From Heteronotia binoei (lineage: Eukaryota), in the NCBI RefSeq assembly GCF_032191835.1, contig NC_083237.1:40796001-40860000 (forward strand): a stretch of DNA of 64,000 nucleotides, given 5' to 3'. The stretch's first letter is position 1, and each line of letters begins with the position of its first letter. Under the pieces are notes generated by a model that was given only the letters and a program-made list of their open reading frames with translations, searched no databases and had not been told where the DNA came from. The position numbers were made by a program, and so were the translations under genes. Below, in pieces: positions 47,780-58,869 of the stretch.

Positions 47780-49682
47780 GGAAGAAGAAGAAGATATTGG
47801 ATTTATATCCCACCCTAAACTCTGAATCTCAGAGCAGTCACAATCTTCTTTACCTTCCCTGACCCACAACAGACACACTGTGAGGTGGGTGAGGCTGAGA
47901 GAGCTCTTACAGCAGCTACCCTTTCAAGGACAACTCCTACAAGAGCTATGGCTAACCCAAGGCCATTCCAGCAACTGCAAGTTGTTAACAAATAAAGTAT
48001 ACAGGGTTTACCCTATATAACAAAAGGGGATCTTTATTCAGATACACTGGGAAGAACACCCTTCAGAGAGAAAAACACCAGACTTCAGGTTCTGAAATAT
48101 ATTGTAAATTTATTTAAATCTTAGTTACTGCAGCATTTTAACAGGAGTACATGATTACATGATTTCATAGACTCATGGGTGTGTGGGTGTTTACATGACC
48201 CATGGTTAAATGATTCTTAGTTACATGATTACAATCTTTCCTATGCTTAAATCCCTTAACCTATTCCATTTAGTAAAAGCAAAGCCATTGTAAAGATAGC
48301 AAAGAGCATCCCATCCTCACCTCTCCTTTGGCTTCAGGTCAATGCAGAAGTATGTAGAGGGGTCTTGCTTCTCAGGAGGCTTCTCCTAGACTCACTGCTA
48401 ACTAGCTAACAAACTAATCAACCACACCCTCCTTGATGGGTCCAATTATACCTTTCCCACCATCCACCTTTTCCCTCTCTGTCCAGCCAAAACTCAGGAA
48501 ACCTCCCCCCCTCCTTGACCTATCCAATCAGAACCCAGAAAGTGCCCCTTTCCTTCTATTCAATCAGAAGCCAACAAGTCAAACCCCGTCACTCTTGGTC
48601 AAAAAGTAAAAAACCTTTGTTACATAAGAAAACCCCTTGTTATTGCCAAATACTAATTGATACCAGATGACCACTGAACCTAACTGAACCAAAAGGGCAA
48701 AAACCCATTGGGACTAACTGGGACAAACTCTTCCCATAAGCCTGAGAACCCTATCTCACCCTTTTTAATCAATACCTTGATACCTATAAAGCATAATATC
48801 ATATTGTATAGTAAAATCATACACAATCAATATAAAATCCCACACGTGAGACCAAGAATACTACCCATATGTGAATAATCAGGAATATGTGTAAAATCAG
48901 GAACATATATATGAAAAGAAAGAGATACATATGTGTGTGTATACATTCTACTTTGTCCTACATAATTCCCTAACCATTAGACGTCCACTATAGCCCTTTA
49001 GCCTATTTGGGAGGGAAGTCTAACAAATCCACTTACTAAAAATCCCCTTCTCTATGTCCAGCCTGAATTTCTGACAGGTTTTCTCCTCTCTTGGCAATCT
49101 CTCTCCCACTCCCTCTTTTCTCCAATTCATCACAAGTGGAATGATTATTATAGAAACCACTCTATGCATCTTCCCTATCCCCTCTCATTCCCTTCCCAAC
49201 AGATATAGATAAGCATCCATAGTCTATAGAATTCAAGCCATTAGGCAGCATTCAAGCTGTTTGGCAGCATTCCTTCACACTGGGATGCATAGCAATTGCT
49301 CCCTATAAGGGCATTGACAAAAGTTCCTTTCTGTAATGAGTAACAGTTGTTGTTTTTCAACTTCAAATGACTCAAGTCACAATGTTCTGAAAAGATGTTC
49401 TGAAAGCAATGCATTGGGACCATCAACTTTGTTTACCACATATTTGAACGACCGCGTTGTACAGCCAGGCATTCCAAAACAGTCCAGTCAGCCACTAATC
49501 AGTACCAGATGTATTCTTTCCCAGAAAGGTCATTCAGCCATTCGGGCCTTCATTTTTACACAGACAATCATAGTATAGCAACATTATATATATAAATCCA
49601 ACAAAGTGGAGGAGTGGGGAATCAAACCCAGTTCTTCCAGATAAGAGTCTGCACACTTAACCACTATACCAAACTGGCTCTC
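47780..49682 (-). mobile_element. Squam3-like SINE split by an LTR-type insertion
   Basis: 47780-47982 plus 49604-49682 rejoin into a sequence colinear with the uninterrupted copy at 56866-57142. Confidence 0.8.
47983..49603 (-). mobile_element. Putative 1.62-kb solo LTR
   Basis: Termini tgtt...aaca; perfect 4-bp TSD aagt (47979-47982, 49604-49607); AATAAA on the minus strand at 48033-48038; no internal ORF or terminal direct repeat. Confidence 0.7.
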
Positions 49683-49683
49683 T

Positions 49684-50124
49684 TAGGTGATCTTAGGACT
49701 TTTGAGGCTGTCTTATCAGGAACCGCTCAAGATTTTATGACCTTCTTGGCAACCATGGGCCTGTTTCAGGTAATAACTGGTTCTACACATTGTACAGGCA
49801 ATACTCTTGATCTGGTATTTTGATGGTTGGGAGGAATGTGATTTGAAGATAAAGGAATTGATGATGGTTCCTTTATCAACGATAGATCATTTTCAGGTTT
49901 ACACTGTCAGGGATACCAAGACTAGGCAGGGGTGGTGGATCTATTAAAATGATCCACTCCCAAAGCCAGATGGATACAAATGGCTTTCTGATGGATCTTG
50001 AAGATTTTTATGTTAGTATATATTTTGTGCCTTTCAATACGCTGGATGACCTCTAGAATGAAGAAATCACCCTGGGTGATTGACGTAACCATTTCTAGGT
50101 ACCTATGGACAATGAAGGACAAGG
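49684..50124 (+). mobile_element. Old L2 endonuclease fragment (host of the Gypsy insertion)
   Basis: AQDFMTFLATMGLFQVITGSTHCTGNTLDLVF, homologous to the L2 EN near 30640-30740. Confidence 0.65.
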
Positions 50125-50546
50125 TGTCAAGCATTGTATACTTATTCTCTGTTAAAGTATTCAGATTTTAAAAATGGTTACTAACCCTGAATTAAACCTA
50201 TGCACATCAAAGTAGCAACCCCCACCTTTCTTCTTTTGCTTTTACTAACAGATGCAGGAATGTTCTCTTTGAAGATAAGACCTCCTGGGAAACATTCTCA
50301 GGCTCCGACAGGCCTGAACCCAGGATGTGCTAGCCGCAATATAGATAAGGAGTCTAGCTTGTGAATTTCACACATTAATGTAGAATTGTTTATAGAACCT
50401 TTGATGTGCCATTTTAAAACATGTATTCTAGTATTACAAACTATCAGTTCCAATCTCCTGCTTGACTGAGCCAACATGGATTATAAATAAACCTAACTTT
50501 GTTTCAAAACCCAAGGACTGGTTATTTTGAAATCTCATGCTTCACA
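50125..50546 (+). repeat. 5' LTR of family A chromovirus
   Basis: tgtcaagc...gcttcaca; about 25 differences (about 6 percent, manual count) from the 3' LTR. Confidence 0.95.
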
Positions 50547-50601
50547 TTTTGGAACTGATCCTTTATTAACAGTTCATCTCACCTGGTAACTTTTAAGCCA
50601 G

Positions 50602-52133
50602 ATAGCTGAAAAAGCACCAGATAACAGAACCTATCGATCCATTCGAAGGAGTAGAGGCGCGGACCGCCCCCCCCCCCGGCACATCATTGGGACTCGGAGA
50701 GTCAGGGGGCGCGGATAGCCTCTGCACATACAACAATTGTTCATGACCCCTCAGAAGTGGGAACCACGCACCTCCACGGCATTGATGGATGAAGCACCAG
50801 CACGCCACAAAATCATCCTGTCAAGACCGGCACGAGGAGGCAGAGGTGGTGGGAATCCCGAGGAAAGATGGGAAGACTGCCCCATGAGAGACGAGGACGA
50901 GCGGGGTGGACCCCGGCCAGAGGAAGGCCGTCCAGCTGGGTCCGAGTCAGAGGAGGAAGATGGGGACAACCTGAAAGAACCAGACATCCTGGAGACCGTG
51001 AGAGGGGAGATGACTACCATGGCAAGGAAACTATGGGACGAGATCCAAGCTAATGCCACCTTCATGGCGCAAGAGATGCAGAGGCAGATCAAACGGCTGC
51101 TGAGGTGCAACCCAGGGAGGGCCCCGTTGGCTCCACCAGTTGCACTGGCACCAGCACCACCGGTACCACTGGCTGTGCTGGCACCCCAAGTGCCCCCAGT
51201 GGTACCTGGACAACCAGGAGGCCCCGCACCACCCCCAGGACCCCCGGCCCCTCGAGACTATGGGAGTGGTCGAGAAGTGGATGCTACCTTCGAAGGAGAC
51301 CCAGAAGAAGTAGAGTATTTCACCATTCAAGCCAATAGTTACATGCACTATTGGGGAAATACATTCCCTGATGAATTCAGCCGAGTGGACTACCTAGGGT
51401 CGAAGCTGAAGGGAGCAGCAAGAAGATGGTACGTAAGCCTGTATGAGACGAGGGGCCCTGAGCTCGACACAGTGGCCGGGTTCCTGCAGGCACTACTGAC
51501 TCAATATGAGGACCCCCTCTAAGAGACCCGGGCCATCACAGCCTTGTGCGAGATGTGGCAAGGGGTGAAATCTGTGCGTGAGTATGCAGCCGATTTCAGG
51601 GTCCACTCGGCCAAGGTTCGAGGGTGGAGTGATATGATGAAGATTGAAGAGTTCCAGAGAGGGCTGAATGTGAGCCTGCTGGACCGAGCCCTGCAGCAAG
51701 CCCGCCCTACCACCCTAGTGAGATGGGTACAGCTGGCAGGTGAAGTGGAGACTAACATGAAACTAGTAGCCCTCCAACACCAACTGCAACAAGGGGAAAA
51801 GGGGGGACGTGAGGCTTGGTCAGGGGCCAAGAGAGACGGGAAGAAGAGTGTGGCCCAGGGGGGGACACCCAAAACTCCCCCAGTGCGCAAATTCTTTTGA
51901 TGTGGCAACCCAAACCACTTAGCGGCCAACTGCTCAGAGAAACCTCGAGCCCCCCCCCGACTCCGAAGCCAACAGCGGTGGGACCGAAGAAGACTTCAAC
52001 CAGACCCAAGGAGTTGGTTCGGGGAAGCACCGCAATGTCGACTGTGCTAGATGAGGATATTATAGTTCTGGATGACTTCAGTGAGGGGTCTTGGGGAGCA
52101 GAGCCGGCAGAAAACGAGAGTGACCTGCACTGA
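50602..52133 (+). pseudogene. Gag (retrotransposon capsid + decayed CCHC knuckle)
   Basis: Start mutated to ATA (50602); DATFEGDPEEVEYF...SKLKGAARRWY; knuckle RKFF*CGNPNHLAANC; internal stops. Confidence 0.85.
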
Positions 52134-55100
52134 AAGGTGCCGGGAGGCAGGTCGTGGATCTAACGGCACCATTGCGGGTGAGAGGAACTGGATCTTTATT
52201 TTTTGTACCATTGACATTGCTGAAGCTAAAACGTTTTATCCATGCCCGAGCCCTAATTGACTCAGTGCACAAGGGAGATTATTACACCAAAACTAGTGGA
52301 TGCTTTGGGACTGGTGCAGAAGCCTCTGCCCCACCCAATCCAATTCGAAAAAATGGACGGGTCCGTAATGAGGGGGGAGCCTTGCGTAGAAGAGGCTCAA
52401 GGAGTACCTGTGGGAATAGAAAACCATTGGGACATAGAAATGTTCTGGATTGCCCCCTCATACTCATTTGACATAATATTGGGGGTAGGGTGGCTAGCTA
52501 AGCACCAACCAGACATACAATGGGGAGACCAAACAATAGACTTCACCGACAGAAGGTGCAAACACCATCACTGGTTGGGGGCCTGGGGGACTAATCCTCC
52601 CCCCAGGAATGAAAAAATGTGCATGTCGGTGGAAGAGATTCAATCCATCCCCAGAGAGTACAGAGACTTGCGCAGAGTGTTCAGTGAGGAGGAGGCGAAT
52701 GAGCATCTCCCACATCGAAGCACGACTGCGCGATCGAACTAATCCCCAGCCAGGAGCTGCCTAAAGCCAAACTGTACTCCATGGGGTGGGCTGAGAAGGC
52801 AGAACTGAGAAAATTCATAGACAAAAACCTCAAAAGAGGCTTTATCCGGCCAGCCACTGCCCCACATGCTGCGTCGGTGCTTTTCCGGAAAAAGGACAGG
52901 AGCCTAGGCTTTGCACTGACTTTCGTGGGATAAATGGGATCTCAATGTCCAACGCATATCCCATTCCCCTGATCAAAGATCTCCTGAGTACAGTGTCTGA
53001 AGGATCCATTTTCACAAAACTGGACCTGAGGGATGCGTACTTTAGAGTATGGATCAAATAGTGGGACGAATGGAAGACCGCATTCAACACACCAATGGGG
53101 CAGTTCGAGTACCTCATGATGCCTTTTGGATTACAGGGGGCTCCAGGAGTGTTTATGAACTTCATCAACGAGGTCCTGAGAGAGTACCTGTATAAGGGGG
53201 GGTCTACCTGGATGACATCGTTATCCATTCCAAAGACATGGCTTCCCATGTGCAGTTAGTGAGGAAGGTGCTCTCCATCTTGTAGGAGCACAAGTTGTTT
53301 GCTAAACTATCCATGTGTGAATTCCATCAAACCGAGCTTGGTTATCTAGGATTCAGAGTTTCCGGGAAGGGACTGGCCATGGATCCCGCTAAAATACAGG
53401 CAGTATTAGATTGGGCACCCCTGAGGACACGTTTACAATCTTTCCTCAGGTTCGCAAATTTTTATAGAACCTTCATTCAGGGGTTCGCCCAGGTGATGTT
53501 ACCCCTGACGGACTTGCTTAAGACCAAAGGGAAGGGGCCGGAGGCGAAAAAGCCGGGGGCGAAACTGGCATGGAATCCTGCCTGCCAAAAAGCATTCAAG
53601 AAACTTAAACGATTGTTCATGAGTGAACCAGTGTTAAGCCATCCCGATGAACTTAAGCCCTTTGTGGTTCAATGCGACGCCTCCGACGTGGCTGTAGGAG
53701 CCATATTAATGCAAAAGGATTCTGAAGGGAGATTATGACCATGTGCCTACATCTCTTAAAAAATTCTCACCTGAGCAGCGCAATTGGTCGGTGTGGGACA
53801 AGGAGGCGTTTGAAGTGACTTTTGCATTAAAAACATGGTGGTCCTGGTTGGAGGAAGCGAGGGTGCCATTTGAAATCTGGACTGACCATAAGAACTTAGA
53901 AGCATTGCCTGGTCGGAGGAAATTAACTGAAAAACAGATCTGGTGGGTGGGATTCTTTGCAAAGTTCGACTTCACTCTGAGACATATACCTGGGGCAAAA
54001 AAAATTCTTGGCTGACGCGCTGTCCAGACTGCCCTAACACAAGAGTCAGAGGGAGGAAGTGGTGGACTCCATCATCCCTCCCAGTGCAGTGGCCTGCGCC
54101 GTGACTACCCGGTCAGGGAAGAAAAAGGGAGCGCCAGAACCATGGGGGGGGGGGGCAATAGACTAATAGAGGAAACAGAACGGGAAGGCGAGAAAAAGCC
54201 ATAAGTGTTGATTAAAGGGACTGGGGTTATTTGGTACCACGATTGGAAACTATATGTCTCCAAAGTGCTGTGGCTAGAAGTTTTGCAACATTGTCACAGC
54301 AACAAACTATCTGGCCACTTTGGATATGTGAAAATGTTACACCTAGTCAAAAGGCAATTTTGGTGGCCTCAAATGAAAAAAGACATTTCAGAGTTTGTAA
54401 CTACTTTCCCAGTGTGCATAATGGCAAAAAGGTGTGGCCGACCCCCCCCCCCCCCCCCCAGTCTCCTTCAACCCACTCAAACTGCAGAACAGCCATGGTC
54501 CATGGTGTCTATGGACTTTATAGTGGAACTGCCAGTTTCTCAGGGCAGGACTGTAATATTGGTAGTAGTAGACACTTTCTCGAAGCAAGCGCATTTTATT
54601 CCATTCAAGAAACTGCCCACAGCAAAAAAACTTGCGTACTTATTTTTCCAACACATTGTTAAAGTCCACTCCTTCCACGATAAGGTCATTAGCGACCACG
54701 GGCCGCAATTCGTTGCCAACTTCTGGCGGGAGTTCTGCAAGTTAACAGGCATGGAACAGGGGTTGAGTTCCGCCTACCACCCTCAGATGGACGGACAGAT
54801 GGAACGCGTAAACACGCTTCTAGAACAATACTCACGGTGTTATGTGAACTATCAACAGACTAATTGGGTGGAACTATTGCCATTTGCAGAATATGGATAC
54901 AATAATAGTCTCCATAGCTCAACCAAAGCATCCCCATTTAAAATCATGAATGGTTATGAAGGAAAGCCATTTCCCCTGTTGCCGAGGGGAAACGGAACTG
55001 AACCCCCCTCTTCTTGTCAGCAATTGTGGGAGACTCTGGGGAAGGGATGGGCTATAATTCAAGAAAACTTGGAAGCAGCCAAACAGGACTATAAAGCACA

Positions 55101-55574
55101 CTATGGCAAAAAGCATACTCCAGAGTGGAACTTTAAAAGGGAGAAACTGTGTTTTTATCTACAAAGAACCTTCCCTTGCCACAAACCTCCAGGAAGCTGG
55201 CTTATAAATATCTGGGACCCTTTAAAATAAAGATAGTAATAAACAAAGTGACAGTAGAATTAGAGTTACCAAAACCATTTAGTAAAATTCATCCTGTTTT
55301 CCATTGCAGCCTTCTTTGGTGAGATCCGGGGGCTATGAGTTGGCACCCTCACCCGCCGGAGCCAAAACCTATTCAGGTGAAGGGTCAGAGTCACCATGAG
55401 GTGCAAGAGATATTGGATGCAAGAGAGAAAAGAGGGGTGTTATACTTCCTAGTACTCTGGAAGTATTTCCCCCCGAGTTGTGATGAATGGGTAAAAGCAT
55501 CCGACCTCCAGGCCCCGCTCCTCCTCAAAAGATTTTACCTGCTGCACCCAGACAAACCCCGAGCAAGAGCTTAG
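52109..55574 (+). pseudogene. Pol (protease, RT, RNase H, integrase, chromodomain)
   Basis: ALIDS, TKLDLRDAY, VYLDDI, VQCDASDVAVG, H...GHFG (IN zinc finger), SMDFI, ISDHGPQF, EVQEILD...YFLVLWKYFPPSCDEWV; multiple frameshifts and stops. Confidence 0.92.
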
Positions 55575-55586
55575 GAGGGGGCAGTA

Positions 55587-56007
55587 TGTCAAGCATTGCA
55601 TATTTATTCTCTGTTATAGTATTCAGATTTTAGAAATTGTTACTAACCCTGAATTAAAGCTAAGCACATCAAAGTAGCAACCCCCACCTTTCTTCTTTCG
55701 CTTTTACTAACAGATGCAGGAATGTCCTCTTTGAAGATAAGACCTCCTGGTACACATTCTCAGGCTCCGCCAGGCCTCAACCCAGGATGTGCTAGCTGCA
55801 ATATAGATAGGGAGTTTAGCGTGTGAATTTCACATGTGAATGTAGAATCGTTTATAGAACCTTTGATGTGCCATTTTAAAACATGTATTCTAGTATTACA
55901 AAGTATCAGTTCCAATCTCCTGCTCGACTGAGCCACATGGATTATCAATAAACCTAACTTTGTTTCAAAACCCAAGGACTGGTTATTTTGAAATCTCATG
56001 CTTGACA
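55587..56007 (+). repeat. 3' LTR of family A chromovirus
   Basis: tgtcaagc...gcttgaca, preceded by the PPT. Confidence 0.95.
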
Positions 56008-56865
56008 CAAGGGAGACTTTAGTAGGTGGCAATCCTTCCTATTAGTCTCTCCAGGATCCTTAATTTACATTTTCTGGAAGAAATGCCTCACATCCCGATT
56101 GGCTGGTTCTAAGAGAATGGCCAATCAGAATGCTGGCATCAGGATACTGGAGAGTAATGGAATCAATTTTGGGGGAAACTCTCTGACACTGTAGAATTTT
56201 CACCCAAATTGCTAGAGCATCCCCTCACAAAACCATATAGTTTCCCCAAAATTGTTAGACTGTCTCCACATGACATGCCTGGCATGACAACATCACTTCT
56301 GGGTGATGTAATCACACTCTGCATACTGCACATTACAGAGCTCTTTGGGGGTCAGGATCCCCTTGGCGGCCTGCTCTGTGCAGGTGGGTTGGAGTCCTCA
56401 AAACTGGGGGAAACCCCACCTCCAGTGGGAGCTTGAAAAGTGTAGTACAGCTTGCATTACTTTTGTCCATGCAGGTTCCACAATTCCCAGCAGAGCCTTT
56501 GCGGATGGCCAAAGAGTATATTTCCTCTCCTTTTACCAGAAGAAAAGCTGGCTATATCTAGCCCAACGTACAGATTTTCCAATGTTAATATGAGCTGGAC
56601 TCACATGGTCTATATACAGTGAATTTTCCTGACACACACATGGTAGATACTGATAGCTCTGATAAAGTCAATTTATCTGCTGTGCAGAAGAAGGGAAAGA
56701 CTGAATAGATTCACTTGTCCCTCACCTCAAAGATGTGATAACCACTACTATTGGTCAGTGAACTGCATGCTTTCCTAGTTAGTTAGAAAGCACTTTTTTT
56801 ATTCCAAGTAGCACATGTTTGCACATAGTACCAGAAGCTGATGTAATATTAGTAAGTGACAGTAG

Positions 56866-57142
56866 TAGAAGAAGAAGATATTGGATTTATATCCCTCCCT
56901 CCGCACCAAAGAGTCTCAGAGCGGCTCACAATCTCCTTTACCTTCCTCCCCCACAACAGACACCCTGTGAGGTGGGTGGGGCTGGAAAGGGCTCTCCCAG
57001 CAGCTGCCCTTTAAAGGACAACCTCTGCCAGAGCTATGGCTTACCCAAGGTCATGCTAGCAGGTGCAAGTGGAGGAATGGAGAATCAAACCCAGTTCTCC
57101 CAGAAAAGAGTCCACGCACTTAACCACTACATCAAACTGGCG
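56866..57142 (-). mobile_element. Squam3-like SINE (long form), complete
   Basis: Minus strand has a tRNA-like head (gccagtttgatgtagtggttaagtgcgtggac...ggtttgattctccatt), CORE-like body and (ctt)n tail. Confidence 0.75.
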
Positions 57143-57319
57143 CTACACCAAACCACTACACCAAACAGTCACACATATCCTTTTCCATTTATCTCCAGTC
57201 TCCAGCAACATCATGATCAACAAGTCCAGATCTAGAGTCTAGAAGTTTATTCATGGTCAAGACCGGCATTTCACATTTAAACAAGTCCAGATCATTTTAG
57301 TATGTAAAAGATGTATATG

Positions 57320-57460
57320 AAGAACCAATTTGGTGTCATAGTTTGTGTACTGGACCTGAGAAACCTGTCTTCAAATCACCACTTCAAATCACCTCTTTAG
57401 GTCAGTGACTTACTTTCAGTCTAATCTACTTCACAAAGTTGTTGTGATGACAAAATGAAT
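57320..57460 (+). mobile_element. Decayed MIR/Squam3-like SINE
   Basis: tRNA-like head and tctacttcacaaagttgttgtgatgacaaaatg CORE-like segment. Confidence 0.45.
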
Positions 57461-57710
57461 TCTTCTCACTCATCCAGCCAGGGAAATGGGACCCACTGAA
57501 CCTTCTGCATTTATACATTTGTCAAATTTCTGCATTTGTACAATTATTAAAGCTTACATGAAGGAGCGTCTTTGCCTCCTGCAGCTTCTCCACTGAATCA
57601 CATTGCGACTCAGTTAATTTTTGTCCTGCAGACCTGGGAATAAACTTTCTCAGGTCAGAAAAGACCAATATAGGTAGGAGACTTCTTCCCCAACTGTCAC
57701 TCTTACAACT

Positions 57711-58518
57711 TTAGGGTTTGTAGAATCTTTCGGGATCAAGTGCCGTGTTCTACTGGAGAAAGTTTTCCTTCCAGACGTTTCGTTCTCAGCTGCGGAGAAC
57801 ATCCTCAGTGGCGTTGCAGCTGGAGCAGGAGCTCAGACCTTCTTGGCTGCTGTGCATTGAGTGGGGCCAGGGCTGCTGGAGAGCTGCTATTTGTAGGCTG
57901 GAGGGGGTGTGATGAAAGGGCAATTGTTTTGTGGATGTGCCTATTGTTTGGTGGGGTTTCCTGGAAGGGTAGTAATAAGGAAACTGGCTGTTGAATGTGA
58001 CCATTGTTCTGTGTTAATTGCTGGGAAGGTTGGAAGGGGTTTGAAGATAAGGAAGATGGTTGTTGACTGTGCTGATTGTTCTGTGGAACAATCAACCAGC
58101 AAATTCCACAGAACAATCAGCACAGTCAACAACCATCTTCCTTATCTTCAAACCCCTTCCAACCTTCCCAGCAATTAACACAGAACAATGGTCACATTCA
58201 ACAGCCAGTTTCCTTATCACTACCCTTCCAGGAAGCCCCACCAAACAATGGGCACATCCACAAAACAATTGCCCTTTCATCACACCCCCTCCAGCCTACA
58301 AATAGCAGCTCTCCAGCAGCCCTGGCCCCACTCAATGCACAGCAGCCAAGAAGGTCTGAGCGCCTGCTCCGGCTGCAACGCCACTGAGGATGTTCTCCGC
58401 AGCTGAGAACAAAACGTCTGGAAGGAAAACTTTCTCCAGTAGAACACGGCACTTGATCCTGAAAGATTCTACAAACCCTAATGATGTTACCAGCCGTGAA
58501 AACCTGAATTCTTTGATA
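57711..58518. mobile_element. Penelope-like fold-back insertion with about 375-bp inverted arms
   Basis: Arms 57712-58088 and 58104-58478 around a 15-nt loop; 3' extension aatgatgttaccagccgtgaaaacctgaa; 12-bp TSD actcttacaact (57699-57710, 58519-58530). Confidence 0.85.
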
Positions 58519-58831
58519 ACTCTTACAACTCATCTGTCTGACGGCTTTTTCCATAGGAGTCCCACAATGCTTAGCATAGCCTTTCCAGGGGTTAGAGAAG
58601 ATCTCCTTCCTTTTTCACCAGCTGGTTGGATACCAACTAACATATTTAATGAGTCCAGGATTGAAGAGTTTTAAAGATAATAACCAATATTTGAATTGAA
58701 TGTGAATGAACCATCTGATAAAATAAAATGTTATTTCTTACTTTTTTTTACATTCTGTAAGTTTTAAAAAGTAAACTTTAATAAGAAAACTCTGAGGTTG
58801 GAATGGAACATAGCTGCCGAGATCATTATGA

Positions 58832-58869
58832 CGTTCATTAGAAACCTCTAGGCTTCTATCCCTTGGGGA
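58832..58869. promoter_or_regulatory. Candidate OR promoter motifs (homeodomain TAATGA + O/E/EBF site)
   Basis: ttcatta (TAATGA on the minus strand) and tcccttgggg (YCCCNNGGGR) about 2.55 kb upstream of the OR ATG at 61423; motif match only. Confidence 0.3.

Larger units (their letters stand above)
50125..56007 (+). mobile_element. Full-length Tf1/sushi-type chromovirus (Ty3/Gypsy), family A, inactivated
   Basis: LTRs 50125-50546 and 55587-56007; perfect 5-bp TSD caagg; PPT aggagggggcagta; gag, PR, RT, RNase H, IN, chromodomain. Confidence 0.97.

Noticed and set aside
50737-51522. Domesticated RTL/PEG10-like host gene from the 261-aa gag ORF
   Set aside because: It lies inside a complete LTR element with a TSD, a mutated start codon and many stops.
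57805-58387. Two 103-aa Q/N/P-rich ORFs on opposite strands
   Set aside because: Mirror images within the Penelope palindrome; low complexity with no independent coding evidence.
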